Part shown: positions 44,401-54,593 of the stretch, piece after piece
How the letters are laid out: each line of letters begins with the position of its first letter
Numbering within the stretch: position 1 is the first letter of the stretch
Position numbers and translations under genes: made by a program
From: an uncultured virus (IMG/VR IMGVR_UViG_3300025674_000003)
Taxonomy: Duplodnaviria; Heunggongvirae; Uroviricota; Caudoviricetes; Crassvirales
Direction: 5' to 3' (one strand)
DNA: 64,000 nucleotides
IMG/VR virus record: IMGVR_UViG_3300025674_000003
Notes under the pieces: generated by a model
Seen by the model: only the letters and a program-made list of their open reading frames with translations
Told to the model about the DNA's origin: nothing
Database searches by the model: none

Positions 44401-46386
44401 AGTATCACCCGTCCAAGGTTGAAGTGAATTGCTAAAACTTATTGGTTTGTAATCGTGATAAAAATTAGAACCAGGTTGAGGATCACCATTTGAATCTAAA
44501 ACACCATCATAATTAGATAATACAACATCAGTTTGCCTACCATATTTGTCAGACAAAACAATACCGACTTGATAATTTCTATTTTGTTTTACTGAATGCT
44601 GAGGATATTCTATAAACTGCTGAGCGCTTTTATCAGCAACACCTACATAGTAATCTAATCCATTTGGAGCACTATGACCTTCTAGGTAATTAGCATACAT
44701 TATTCTATTGCCGCTTGTTTCTTGAGCTAAAGCTTTAACAGGAACTTTGTCAAATACTCTAGTCGTTTGTATTGCTGGTAAAGTTGTTATAGGTATAGTT
44801 GATTGATAAGAGTATTGATAAATGTTAGTATTATTTAATGAGTTTATAAAACTAGAATCTACTTTTACTGTTTCAATAACTTGATATGCTTGAGTATCTG
44901 ACTGCTTGTATATTATGTCTATAGCTTTTACCTTATACTTATTTATTATATCAATACATGGTAACTCAATATTTAAAACAGCGTTGTTTATAGAGTTCTG
45001 CATAAACTCTACAACACTAGTTATAAAAGCTTGATTTTCATCATCATTAACAAACTCACCTTCTTGGTAAGGTATAAATACATCTTGACTAAATGGAGCT
45101 ATAGTTGAATATTCGTTATCATCAAATTTAAATCTATAAGAAAATCTAACAAATCTTTCTGATAAATAATCAGGATCTCCATTCCAACCAGTGTAATTAG
45201 TGTTTCTTAAAACTCTTACAGAGTAACCATCAACTGTAGCGCTAGTACCTGTCGTAGATATGGCATTTGTAGTATTGAATTTAACAAAAGCATTTGCATT
45301 AGGATTTGAAGAATCATAAGCATCTGATGTCCAAAATCTAGTTTCTGTTGTTAAATTTAAAAAACCTTGAGGATCAGGACTTGTTGTACTGTTTCTATAA
45401 CCAGCTGGTAAAACATCTGTACCGAGTTGATCATCACCAGCTCCAGAAGCCCATAAAAATTGACTTTTATAAATACTAGCCGAAGATCCAGCTGTACCTA
45501 TAATACCATTCCATTCAGCTAAAGTGGGTATTCTATGACCAACAGGAGCTAAACCTCTAGGATCTATAACAGCCCATTTGTTGTATAATAAACCATATGT
45601 TACACCATTACCATTATAATTAGCATAATAACACCATCTGCCTTGTTGATTTTGATCAGCTGTGGTCCAGTCTGCTATATTTTGAGCTTCAGGTATTGCA
45701 TCTCCATTTCTATATTTTTTTACAGCTAAATTTTCTTGAGATATTTTATATATACCTATTTCTACTACTGGAGGATCAGCAGCATCAGACATTGTTGATG
45801 GTTTTAATACTTGCTGAAAATTAGCATAATAAGAAGCTCCAGCTCTCATATTTATAAAAGATGGTGGAGAATAAGGAGCAAATTTAGCTACAGATATTTG
45901 ATCTTCATTAGTATAATAACCTAATGGTTTATCTACATTTATTTTTCTAGGTTGATTTCTATTGTCTGTAAAAAATAATTGGTTTTCTATTAAACTTATT
46001 CCAGACATGAAAAAATCATTATTACCAGAAAAATTTAAAAAACTACCATTTACTAATTCTGTTCTATTATTTGTTAATATGTTAACATAACCAATACTAC
46101 ACAAAGCGTTTAAAGGCGCGGGATCAGTTCCAAAATAATTAGTTCTAAAATAATATAATCTATTATTAGCTTCATCTTCGTAAACACCAATTATAATATG
46201 ACCACTAGCTGGTGTTACGCCTGTTGTTGAATTACCTAATATAGACTCAACAGCACCAACATCGCTATTTTCTGATCTAGATATAGCTATGTTTAAAGCA
46301 TCTCTATATTCGTTATTTGGAATTAGTCTTTCATCTAAGTCTTTATTCATTTTAGACTTAATGAAACTATTTTTAGCTTCTGCCAT
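41452..46386 (-). CDS. Tail stabilisation/hub protein, N-terminal part, with inserted Fib_succ_major-like domain
   Basis: KMNKDLDERL..NEYRDALN, LFFTDNRNQPRKIN, FSYRFKFDDNEYS; insert about 45202-45770. Confidence 0.7.
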   Translation of the reverse strand: MAEAKNSFIKSKMNKDLDERLIPNNEYRDALNIAISRSENSDVGAVESILGNSTTGVTPASGHIIIGVYEDEANNRLYYFRTNYFGTDPAPLNALCSIGYVNILTNNRTELVNGSFLNFSGNNDFFMSGISLIENQLFFTDNRNQPRKINVDKPLGYYTNEDQISVAKFAPYSPPSFINMRAGASYYANFQQVLKPSTMSDAADPPVVEIGIYKISQENLAVKKYRNGDAIPEAQNIADWTTADQNQQGRWCYYANYNGNGVTYGLLYNKWAVIDPRGLAPVGHRIPTLAEWNGIIGTAGSSASIYKSQFLWASGAGDDQLGTDVLPAGYRNSTTSPDPQGFLNLTTETRFWTSDAYDSSNPNANAFVKFNTTNAISTTGTSATVDGYSVRVLRNTNYTGWNGDPDYLSERFVRFSYRFKFDDNEYSTIAPFSQDVFIPYQEGEFVNDDENQAFITSVVEFMQNSINNAVLNIELPCIDIINKYKVKAIDIIYKQSDTQAYQVIETVKVDSSFINSLNNTNIYQYSYQSTIPITTLPAIQTTRVFDKVPVKALAQETSGNRIMYANYLEGHSAPNGLDYYVGVADKSAQQFIEYPQHSVKQNRNYQVGIVLSDKYGRQTDVVLSNYDGVLDSNGDPQPGSNFYHDYKPISFSNSLQPWTGDTLTLNYLQQIPEGDIGISGYPGAYAQGNYYEVDTETASAPSALYAYFRSLGTECIIATANQTVFSTTILYADANSNDNTFRVLVDSGNGWILQDSTSYTIANSNNYVQVTFSTGIPVGDVVKFEVLYTSENLYKYDTGASSSTNRPLFPDFPSTYADYYAVGKKLKGLYIDYTEITSVTAISDSNGVRGVEFFTKEEVATNYLFDNTPGTRPEPSKLGQINTYATYDINVLGFYIYKSVVKQQQQDYYNVYLPGIINGYPIKGETKEQNEVGFISLVNDNINKVPRNLQDVGPQQNQFTSDVAMWPRVTNINEVASTTVTYSTFNKQIDPEASSDQVDLVGGIQDLFPGLQPVNPPTIAVGEINFYSIYSYETKPFIAKISTQKAVGLKEGQYTIPTQGSGNFPYSPDLGLAVYETAPYVSPLELFYESSTSSLISELNLDIENENTNITGLSNFSYGFFESMASGVAITTDFFPTAGGQNLTNTTLAGFTCFSYFSSGPNIGQLDSSTSQANRFTVETGAQTGSYVIKTNDRFYAGATFESDSVATRGKFLFTFTFVQIDGTQVDQSTIIQLENTTPICTPAVVYPTVTSSAGGIVTNNPGANQSMAGENGSARANSLNDSSPTKITFSSSNFTSGWTIDSAVKTNSGTGVTQTITETSTPLNLSQVFNTYQNSSNFPTYQDGQATSASGDQVFFSLTAKPNANGQFPGWANEPGNQYEIYMNLTDTLGAQSTQQPNGTSAKIEYYVGAYQGTGVIINMYNNSGAGGSSNGVSQFSGAAQDQYYQIQNWTPNTVYLYIKAEITSSTQSSSSQHRTIAGGRFGDNTTGGTDAQGNTYTFIPNATANSNFSNPPSSPQAGMATAPVTFAVLQPFTAASGGLTTSEFNTAKQNGLRPGMKNTNTPNYGSYDYSGCALVNLQFQQTPGNATTVGTFSVTYSTTQNAPLGTTLGITNPNNTTPFYADSNGSVPGYPTDFGSQFVGPA

Positions 46387-46389
46387 GTA

Positions 46390-47652
46390 TTAATTTTTTA
46401 TCCACTTAGACTTATTTCTCATCACTTGAACTATTTCTCCAAGTTTTATGTTAGATAGTCTTATTTTAGCATTTCTTAATTTAGATATTTTATCTTTTCT
46501 TAATCTTTGTACTATATACTCTGGTTGATTAATTCTACCTGATATTAAAGAATATAATATCGTTGCATACATTGCATCTTCTGCTAGTTTAGGTACTCTA
46601 CTATCTAAATCATAAGCTAAACCATCAGATATGTATTCAAATGATATTAACTTATTCACTAAATTACTTGAAAAAGATAATTTATTTTCTCTTTCATTTA
46701 TATTAAACCAACCATTAGCTTGAGATGCGCTAGGTTCTAAACCGTACATTTGACCATAACCCCATTGGCCAAAACCTCCCCAACCATATCCATATCCATA
46801 CCAATCTTCTTCTGTAAATGCATTTTCAACAATACCATCTAACAAATTAGGATCTGCTTTATGCCATCTATGTTGAATAATTGATGTTCCTTCAAGATCG
46901 TTACCAAAATTATCTTGAGTAGGTATACCTTCTGAATCTTGAGCTTGAGTATAATATGGACTTATAGTAATGTTGTCTGCAGGATATATAATATGTTTTA
47001 CACCTAAATCATCAATCCAAGAGCATCTAACGTAATTAACATAATCTTGAGGTAAAACAAGTGTTAAATTAGAAGGAATTGTTAATTCAGATGATTTAAT
47101 ACTTTTCAATGTATCGTAACTGAACTCCTGCATAGCTCTTTTTGCAAAGAAAATAATATCACTTCTTTTAGCATTTGGTAATAATTTATCTTGTCCGACA
47201 TACCCAACTTGAAAATTATTTATAATATCATTTAATTTTATGTATTGATAACTGCCGTAATTATCTTCAGTAGCTTCGCCATATGCTTTTTGTGATTCAT
47301 CTAATCCATATTTACCACCTGTTAAAATAGTTAATTGAACTACTATAAAAGCATCGGCACCAGGCGCCGCTGCTAAAACTACTGTTTTATTGTCAGCTTC
47401 CACAGACATACTAGTATTCCATTCTACATAAGAATTTGGTAAACCTGTTGGACTTGTGTAAACTTTAAAATTATTTAAAGCATAATCTGCGTTATTAGAA
47501 TCCCAGTCACCTAAATACAAGTCGGTGTCAAAAGTAGTTACAAACTTTTGATTCTGATCGTTTGCATTGTTACCTCTAAAACCCTGCGCTCCTTGATAAT
47601 ACTGTTGAGCTGTTTCGCTTATTAATCCATTGTTTGGTGGTAATATTGCCAT
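46390..47652 (-). CDS. Tail tubular / ring protein
   Basis: LPQDYVNYVR, EYISDGL, LRNAKIRL; position after the adaptor gene. Confidence 0.6.
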   Translation of the reverse strand: MAILPPNNGLISETAQQYYQGAQGFRGNNANDQNQKFVTTFDTDLYLGDWDSNNADYALNNFKVYTSPTGLPNSYVEWNTSMSVEADNKTVVLAAAPGADAFIVVQLTILTGGKYGLDESQKAYGEATEDNYGSYQYIKLNDIINNFQVGYVGQDKLLPNAKRSDIIFFAKRAMQEFSYDTLKSIKSSELTIPSNLTLVLPQDYVNYVRCSWIDDLGVKHIIYPADNITISPYYTQAQDSEGIPTQDNFGNDLEGTSIIQHRWHKADPNLLDGIVENAFTEEDWYGYGYGWGGFGQWGYGQMYGLEPSASQANGWFNINERENKLSFSSNLVNKLISFEYISDGLAYDLDSRVPKLAEDAMYATILYSLISGRINQPEYIVQRLRKDKISKLRNAKIRLSNIKLGEIVQVMRNKSKWIKN

Positions 47653-47658
47653 ATCTTA

Positions 47659-48603
47659 TTAATTTCTTTTGTTTTGTTCTTCTTTTTGAACTTCAGCTGT
47701 AGCAGCTTGTATAATTAGAGGATCTTTTATAACTATACCAGCATATTGTAATATTTGTAATATAACATTGTTTTGCTCTGTAGGATCTAGTTCGAAATCT
47801 ACAGAAGTAGCAGGATCCCAAACATAATAACCAGCTGATGAGTCAAAGTTCCAAACAACATCTGCAGGTTTTTTTATATAAGTAGCTTGTATACTAGAAT
47901 TTATTGTTTGAGGATAAACTATTATTTGTTTGTTTTCATAAACAAAAACAGGAAAATAATCTGATGGTTTAGTTATAGGAGATAAATTCATTAAAGCAAG
48001 TTCATGTCTTTCTATCATTTCAACAGCTTTATCTTCTTTATATAAAACAGTTCCTAATCTATAAAAATCTTGAGGATACAATATTATTCTTATAGTGCTT
48101 CCAGTTGCAATAGCACCAGCGGTTAAATTAAAAGCGCCGCCAGTTATATTAAAATTAGCATATGCTACACCTGGACTGCCTGTAGGTGTTTCTAGTGTTA
48201 CTTGAACGTTACTAGTTTCTACTTGAGCTTGTGTTATTGATGTTAGTGGGTATGATGTTGTGTTGTTTGCAGTGGCAAAAACCTGAGATCCAGTTGCAAC
48301 ACCTGAAGAATTTGGTGTTGTAAAGTAACCAGGGTAGGTTGTAGTTGGAGCTGTATAAGTACAGTTGCCTATTCTTTTAAAAGCATCTAGTTTTTCTTGT
48401 ACATTTTTATAGCGATTACCATATTCGCTATCATTTTGTGGCAATCTCATTTGTTGATTTATAGTTTGAAAATAATCATCAACTATGTCTAACTGAACTT
48501 GTGTTGCTAGTTTATTAAACTCGTTAGGCGTTAAATAGCCTCTTTGTTCTTTGTTTATAATTAACAAGACTGTTTTATAGACTTGATCTACGTTTATTGC
48601 CAT
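47659..48603 (-). CDS. Head-tail adaptor / tail tubular protein
   Basis: NKEQRGYLTPNEFN, YIKKP; post-capsid position. Confidence 0.6.
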   Translation of the reverse strand: MAINVDQVYKTVLLIINKEQRGYLTPNEFNKLATQVQLDIVDDYFQTINQQMRLPQNDSEYGNRYKNVQEKLDAFKRIGNCTYTAPTTTYPGYFTTPNSSGVATGSQVFATANNTTSYPLTSITQAQVETSNVQVTLETPTGSPGVAYANFNITGGAFNLTAGAIATGSTIRIILYPQDFYRLGTVLYKEDKAVEMIERHELALMNLSPITKPSDYFPVFVYENKQIIVYPQTINSSIQATYIKKPADVVWNFDSSAGYYVWDPATSVDFELDPTEQNNVILQILQYAGIVIKDPLIIQAATAEVQKEEQNKRN

Positions 48604-48646
48604 TTTTATATCTTTATTTTAACATAAGGCCCGAGTAATCGAGCCC

Positions 48647-48670
48647 TATATTAGTATTACATGTTATTTA
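48647..48670 (-). promoter_or_regulatory. Putative late promoter (TAAATAACATGTAATACTAATATA)
   Basis: Matches the motif; followed by hairpin AGGGCTCG/CGGGCCT. Confidence 0.5.
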
Positions 48671-49419
48671 AACTTTTTCTCTATAGATTTAAATATTTCT
48701 ACACCTTCATCTGTTTTAAAGAATGCAGCCATTGCAGAGTATGGATTTTCGTCAAATGGAACAGTCATTAGCTTTTTACCGTTTGATGCCCAGGTAAAGA
48801 ATCTTTGATCTTGAGATAAGTCTATTATATTGGCTTCAACAGCTTTAATAGCAAAGTTTCTTAACTCTACATTTTCATCATTAACTAGTTCTATAAATAA
48901 TTCGGGATTATTTCTAGCAAATATTAATAAATCTCTTTTAAGTTCTTTAGAACTCATTTCATTTACTCTTGAACCTACTTCAACTCTCATTATTGCTTCT
49001 GCCATGTTTATATCAACATTTCTAGCGGCATTTAAAGCGTCAACCTGTAAATTTAAAATATCTAATTCATCTACAGCAACCTCAACAGGATCAAATTCGT
49101 AATAACTTTTATTTCTTAACGGATGATAAAGAGATAATAATTTTTGAAGATTTTGTTTAGATTTTGGAACAGCTAATACACCGTCTCTAAACACAATATG
49201 ACCTAAAGTAGCTTCACCTTTTTGTTCATCTACAAATACAGAATTTTGATTTGTAGCATATCTTATTTCTCTTTGTTCTTTTTTATCTTCGTCAAAATAT
49301 AAAAGAGCGTGTTTTCTTGTATGTTTTGATGGGATAGTAAAAGTCAATGGTTCTATTCCATTAGAAAGAATGTATCTTCTATCTTTTATTTCCCAAGTTT
49401 CTTTTTTTTCTTTTTTCAT
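48664..49419 (-). CDS. Hypothetical protein of the head module
   Basis: 251-aa ORF after the major capsid gene. Confidence 0.7.
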   Translation of the reverse strand: MKKEKKETWEIKDRRYILSNGIEPLTFTIPSKHTRKHALLYFDEDKKEQREIRYATNQNSVFVDEQKGEATLGHIVFRDGVLAVPKSKQNLQKLLSLYHPLRNKSYYEFDPVEVAVDELDILNLQVDALNAARNVDINMAEAIMRVEVGSRVNEMSSKELKRDLLIFARNNPELFIELVNDENVELRNFAIKAVEANIIDLSQDQRFFTWASNGKKLMTVPFDENPYSAMAAFFKTDEGVEIFKSIEKKFK

Positions 49420-49444
49420 GATATAATATAATTAAATAGTTTAT

Positions 49445-49474
49445 AATAATTACCCCGCCCGAAGACGGGGATAA
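49445..49474 (-). terminator. Terminator-like hairpin after the capsid gene
   Basis: CCCCGTC-TTCG-GGCGGGG followed by TAATTATT. Confidence 0.7.
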
Positions 49475-49490
49475 TCATCAGTTTGGATTA

Positions 49491-50930
49491 TTATAATCCT
49501 TTAAACAATACAAAGTTGTTAGCAGCTTGTGTTACTAAACATCTTTCAGATAGGAAGTTTACTTCCATAGCATCTAGATCAGATGTAAAAGCACCACCAG
49601 CAGAACCAGTTAACCATGATTTCATTCTTCTGTCATCACCTTGAGAAGCTCTATATCTTACGTGTAAGAAAGGTCTTCTAATGTTAGTACCTAAGATTTG
49701 ATCATATACTGTTGAAGTTCCAGCAGGAATTAAAACACCTTCGATTGATGAAGGTCCAACCATTCCACCTCTTGTAGAAGCGTCATTTAAGTATTTCCAG
49801 TCAGTTTTGTAGAAATCATAAGATCCTCTACGGAAACCTGAAAATCCAAGGTTAAGAGCCATTTCTTCAGAATTTTCAAACAAACCAAAAGCAGTACCTC
49901 CAGCGTATCCGCCAGAAATGCTAGCTAGCATGTCATCAAAGTCAAGAGCAGTTTGTCTCTGTAAGAAAAGCATGTTTTCTTCAATAGCACCTTGAGTGTC
50001 TAAGTTTTTAAGAATTGCATCAAAAGCATCAATTCCAGCAGCAGCAGTAAAACCAGTTTGTACATTACCTCTATCATTGATAGCAGCAAATAAACCTTGA
50101 GTACCACCTAATCCAGCAGGAATAGCAGCGTTATTTTTTAATTCTCCTTCAACCATAGCCATTTCTAGGTAATCTTCAAAACGTAGTCTTGTTTCAGACT
50201 CTGCTTTTAAATACCATAAATAACCAGAAGTTCCGTCTTCAGTTGCAACTTCTACCCAACCGATTTGTGCCATATCAGAACCATTTACAACGTATTTGTT
50301 TCTAATAATGATTGGTGAGTTAGAATATTGCTTAAATGAAGGATCAACACTAATATAGCCGTCTGTTGAAGTTGCACTATAATTAGGTGTTGAAGAACCT
50401 TTAGCGTATTCAGAACCATATACAAATACTTTTACTTTACCAGTTAAACCAGCAAGAGCTAAAGTATTAGCAGTATAAGGTAGAGCAGTAATTTGTCCTA
50501 CACCAGCTCCACCAGGAACAGTAGCGCTAACATAACATTTTGCTTCTACTCCATTGTCATCTAAAACTACGATAGTAGCTCCTACAGATATAACGTTAGT
50601 TACATCAGCAGCTGTACCTGTAAAATTGATAACATTACTTGCACCGTAAGCAGGTGTAAGACCAGTATAAGCTATATGTAGTCTGTTTTGCTCAGACCAA
50701 ATTACTTGATCAGAGGTCATAGGCATTTCAGCCCCTACCATACGTAAAAATCCGCCTAACGTTCTGTTTCCATAACGCTCTACTTCTTGTTCGTATACCT
50801 CAGGTAGGTATTGTTGCGCGAAATCTACAAAATCAGCAGCAGCTTTGTCAGTCCACTGTAGATAATTGCTATTTAAGACTTCTTGCTTTTGAGATGGGAC
50901 AATTGACCCAAATTGTGGTGTTAAAGCCAT
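49491..50930 (-). CDS. Major capsid protein
   Basis: 479 aa after portal and scaffold, followed by a hairpin; QQYLPE..E.E.ERYG, LGFSGFRRG. Confidence 0.85.
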   Translation of the reverse strand: MALTPQFGSIVPSQKQEVLNSNYLQWTDKAAADFVDFAQQYLPEVYEQEVERYGNRTLGGFLRMVGAEMPMTSDQVIWSEQNRLHIAYTGLTPAYGASNVINFTGTAADVTNVISVGATIVVLDDNGVEAKCYVSATVPGGAGVGQITALPYTANTLALAGLTGKVKVFVYGSEYAKGSSTPNYSATSTDGYISVDPSFKQYSNSPIIIRNKYVVNGSDMAQIGWVEVATEDGTSGYLWYLKAESETRLRFEDYLEMAMVEGELKNNAAIPAGLGGTQGLFAAINDRGNVQTGFTAAAGIDAFDAILKNLDTQGAIEENMLFLQRQTALDFDDMLASISGGYAGGTAFGLFENSEEMALNLGFSGFRRGSYDFYKTDWKYLNDASTRGGMVGPSSIEGVLIPAGTSTVYDQILGTNIRRPFLHVRYRASQGDDRRMKSWLTGSAGGAFTSDLDAMEVNFLSERCLVTQAANNFVLFKGL

Positions 50931-50946
50931 AATCTTTAATTTTTAA

Positions 50947-52146
50947 TTAGTTAAATTTTTTTGTTTTTATCTTTAATTTAGAAGAATCAGCACCACTTAT
51001 AGCCCTTACTTTTAGACCATTAACAAAAACACTTCCAGCATTACCTTCTTTTCTAGGTTCTGTAGTTATGTTTTTAGACTTAGCAACAACGTCTTTTACA
51101 GCGTCGGCTTTGCCTTGTTCGTAAAAATGTTTAGCTATTGTATCTGCATTTCTTGCAGCATACATGGCTTTGTGATAACCTTTTGCATCTTCTAGTACAC
51201 CTTTTTCATTTAAGAACGTCTTAACAAAATTAGTAATGTCTAGTTGATTGTCAACCACTTCGTTTGGATTTTTAATACCGTATCTAAATTTTTTTTCTCC
51301 TAAATCAAAATCAAAACCTTCGAATTTATCATTAAAAGTACTTCTTGTTACACGTTCAAAATCTTCTCGTTGTTTGGATAACACTTTTTGTTCCTCATTG
51401 TATCTATTAAAAAAGTCAATTGCTTTTTGTTGATCTTTATTTACGTTTGATTTCAACTTGATTTCATCGTAATATTTACTTTTAAGATCTTCTAAAAAGC
51501 TTTTAGCTTTTCCAATTTCTTCTTTATATGCTAGTTTTTTCTTTCTAACATCTCTTTCGTCGTCTACTTCTTCGTCATATTTAAAGTTATCTTCTAATAA
51601 AAAATTAACTTCTTCATAATCTAAATGTGGACGAGTATTTTTATAATATTCTCTTAGTAAGCTAGTGTCATCTACTTTAGTGTAATCAGCACTTAGTCTT
51701 ACATAATCTTGAACCGTTCCACCAGTTTCTTCCATAAAATTAACAAGCTTTTCAATATTTTCAGGTAATGGTTTACCTAAAACTTTTTCATCTCTTATAG
51801 CTTCTTCAACTTGTTTTTTTATTTCTTTTTCTTCTTTCTTTTCTTCTACTGGTATTTCTTTAATAACAGTCTCAGCGGGCTCTTCGTGTGTTTGTCCCAC
51901 TTTTTGCAATCCCACCTCGGATCCTTCTTCGCGTAACACGCTGCTCTCTGTTTCTTGCTTTTGAACGGCATCTTGTTTTTCTTTTGTTTTTGATAAATCT
52001 ATTTTTGCAGGTTCCTCTTTTTTAGCAGAAGCCATATCCATTTTAATTGTTTCTTCTGGTGTTGTAAGTTTTTTAGGAACTCTTTTTTTAGATTTAATTT
52101 TAAAATCTCCTTCCTGTTTTACAGGTTCATTGTTTTTTTCTGACAT
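50947..52146 (-). CDS. Putative scaffold protein
   Basis: E/K-rich helical protein between portal and capsid; HFYEQGKADA. Confidence 0.7.
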   Translation of the reverse strand: MSEKNNEPVKQEGDFKIKSKKRVPKKLTTPEETIKMDMASAKKEEPAKIDLSKTKEKQDAVQKQETESSVLREEGSEVGLQKVGQTHEEPAETVIKEIPVEEKKEEKEIKKQVEEAIRDEKVLGKPLPENIEKLVNFMEETGGTVQDYVRLSADYTKVDDTSLLREYYKNTRPHLDYEEVNFLLEDNFKYDEEVDDERDVRKKKLAYKEEIGKAKSFLEDLKSKYYDEIKLKSNVNKDQQKAIDFFNRYNEEQKVLSKQREDFERVTRSTFNDKFEGFDFDLGEKKFRYGIKNPNEVVDNQLDITNFVKTFLNEKGVLEDAKGYHKAMYAARNADTIAKHFYEQGKADAVKDVVAKSKNITTEPRKEGNAGSVFVNGLKVRAISGADSSKLKIKTKKFN

Positions 52147-52178
52147 AATATAATATAATTAAAAATTTACAATTTTTT

Positions 52179-54593
52179 TTATCTAGGGTCAAATTGTTCT
52201 AACCCGAAACCACCTAAATTATCAAATCCAGCGGATTCAAAATCTTGAGGTAATGTATTATTTTTTCTTTGATCTATTAGTTTTGACTCTTGAGAACCTT
52301 GCATTTTTATTCTATTGTCTTTTCTATTCTCTATTTCTTGTTCTTTTTGAGTCTCTGCGTCAGCTTTTATTTTTGCTAACTGCATATTGTATTGAAATTC
52401 CTCAGCCATCAAACCTTTCTTTATTTCTGCCTCTTGTAACATTTTCTTTATTTCTAATTGCATTTTAGAGGTTTCAATTTGTATTTCAGTTTCTGCTAAA
52501 GCTTGTTGTTTTTGCATTTCTGCTGTTATAGCAGCTTCAGAAGCTTGTGCGTTTGCTTGAGCTTGAGCTTGTATATTAGCTCTTTGGTTTTCTTGATCTT
52601 TTTTAGCTTTTTCTTTACGTTTCTGTTTTAATAAAGCATTTGCTAGTTTTATGTTTTTAACTTGTCTAATATCTATAGCATCGTCTAAGTCTATACCACC
52701 TGACTGCAAAGCTATTTGTATATTTTGCTCTAATTGAGCTTTAGCCTCTTCATCTGGTTCTAATTCTAAGAATATACCAAAATCTTGAAGATTTTTTTCT
52801 TGTAATTCTTCTAAAGTTCCTGTGTTATATGAAGATATAGAATCTATTAAAGCAGCTCTTGTTAAAGGGTAATTTAACGCGTCTGCTATTCTAAGAGCTA
52901 TATTTTCACAAGATCTTAATGTTAAATATAAACCACCTTGCATAATATGTCTTAATGCAGTATTTGAATTAGCAGCAGCTAATTTTTGTAAACCTACTAA
53001 CGCATCTTTACTAGGTGTGCTAGCGTCGCTTGCTTCATTTAAACCGGTTACATCACGTATCATTTGTAAATAATACTGGTAAGTTTGAATTAGGCTTTGT
53101 ATTTTAGCACCTCCATTGCTTGTTTGAAGCTCTTGAATAGGTACTTTACCTCTATTTAAATCGCCATCTTGCGTCATAGATCTACCAACAATAGAACCTG
53201 TTTGAAAATACATGTTTAACGCTTCAGACGCATTATAATTTGTTCCATTACCTAAATCAACTTCAGCTAAACCATCTACATCAACAAAAACACCATCAGG
53301 AACCATGCGTGATAATACTTGTTGTAACTTCAAATGTGTTAATTGTATCATATCAGCAAAACCTGTTATTCTGCTAACTGTAGACTCAATAGCGCCTTTG
53401 TACATACGTGGTGCACATATAGAGTAATTCATATTAACTTTTGTTAAATTAGAATTAGGTCTAGTCATATTTTCAGATAACCTCCAATCTAACATCATTT
53501 CATGACCAAGTATTTTTGCTCCTGTATATAAAACTTCTATACTTCTACCTACTCTTTCAAAATTATCATTTGGTTGAGGATTAAAAGTATCTGGTTTTTC
53601 TAAAGCTTTTTCTAAACCTTGATCTGTTTGTTTTATTTTAAATACTTGATTGCTGTATGTTTTATATTCAAAATATAAAACTTGAACTTGATTATATGAA
53701 TCTTGTTGTGCATAGAAATTCCTAGTATAATTTGCGTCACCTGGAAATTTTTCTATTTTTTTAAGTTCTTCATCTGTTAAACCAGGAAATTGTTTTTTAA
53801 GCTCAACTAAACTTATTGATTTAACTTCTCCAGCATAATATATATCATCAAAGTTAGGATCTTCCGTGTATGAATAAACTAAATTAGCAGGGTCAACATA
53901 ATTAACAGTAACACCGTTAGCTAAATTAAAATCTGTTTTAACAGCAGCTATACCTATTATAGTTAAATCTTGTATTAATCTTTTCTTTATTAATTCGTAT
54001 TTGTTATAAGATAAAACATTCTCTATAGCCTCTTCTTCAGCTATTTCAATTGATTGTTTATAGCTTAATTGCATATGAAGATCTAATTCTTGCTGAGATT
54101 CTGGTATATTATTAGGATCATTGGTATTGAAAAAATTCATACCAGTAGCTTGATTAGTTGCTTCAATAATTTCTTTAGCATACATGTCTCGCATTATCGC
54201 ATCTGCATACTTTGTTCTTTGCTTTAAAGATTCAGGATCTTGAGCAAAAGCTTTAATGTCAAATATTTTTTGAGACATACCATTAACTATTATATCTACA
54301 AACTTAGGTATAATAGGTACTGGTTTCCAGTCTAAATTTAAATAAGATAAATCGCCATTGACAGCTAATTCATCTTTGTATTTTTGTACAGGTTGTTCAC
54401 CTCTTGCGTAAAGTCTTAATCTATGAAAATTTAACCAGCTATTCTGGTATCTATTACCTAAACCCCCTCTATCTCCAGAAAACCACTCTCCTTCAATAGC
54501 TCGTCCTACGGCGTAACCATAATCATAACTTTGCTTTTCTTCATCAGATACTACCTGACTAGGAAACGAACCTGCGTAATTAGTGTAAATCAT
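52179..54593 (-). CDS. Portal protein
   Basis: 804 aa right after terL; PIIPKFVDI; C-terminal Q/E coiled coil. Confidence 0.85.
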   Translation of the reverse strand: MIYTNYAGSFPSQVVSDEEKQSYDYGYAVGRAIEGEWFSGDRGGLGNRYQNSWLNFHRLRLYARGEQPVQKYKDELAVNGDLSYLNLDWKPVPIIPKFVDIIVNGMSQKIFDIKAFAQDPESLKQRTKYADAIMRDMYAKEIIEATNQATGMNFFNTNDPNNIPESQQELDLHMQLSYKQSIEIAEEEAIENVLSYNKYELIKKRLIQDLTIIGIAAVKTDFNLANGVTVNYVDPANLVYSYTEDPNFDDIYYAGEVKSISLVELKKQFPGLTDEELKKIEKFPGDANYTRNFYAQQDSYNQVQVLYFEYKTYSNQVFKIKQTDQGLEKALEKPDTFNPQPNDNFERVGRSIEVLYTGAKILGHEMMLDWRLSENMTRPNSNLTKVNMNYSICAPRMYKGAIESTVSRITGFADMIQLTHLKLQQVLSRMVPDGVFVDVDGLAEVDLGNGTNYNASEALNMYFQTGSIVGRSMTQDGDLNRGKVPIQELQTSNGGAKIQSLIQTYQYYLQMIRDVTGLNEASDASTPSKDALVGLQKLAAANSNTALRHIMQGGLYLTLRSCENIALRIADALNYPLTRAALIDSISSYNTGTLEELQEKNLQDFGIFLELEPDEEAKAQLEQNIQIALQSGGIDLDDAIDIRQVKNIKLANALLKQKRKEKAKKDQENQRANIQAQAQANAQASEAAITAEMQKQQALAETEIQIETSKMQLEIKKMLQEAEIKKGLMAEEFQYNMQLAKIKADAETQKEQEIENRKDNRIKMQGSQESKLIDQRKNNTLPQDFESAGFDNLGGFGLEQFDPR

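Noticed and set aside
45202..45770. Diversity-generating retroelement target
   Set aside because: No reverse transcriptase in the closed genome and no template-repeat copy noticed; the domain is internal
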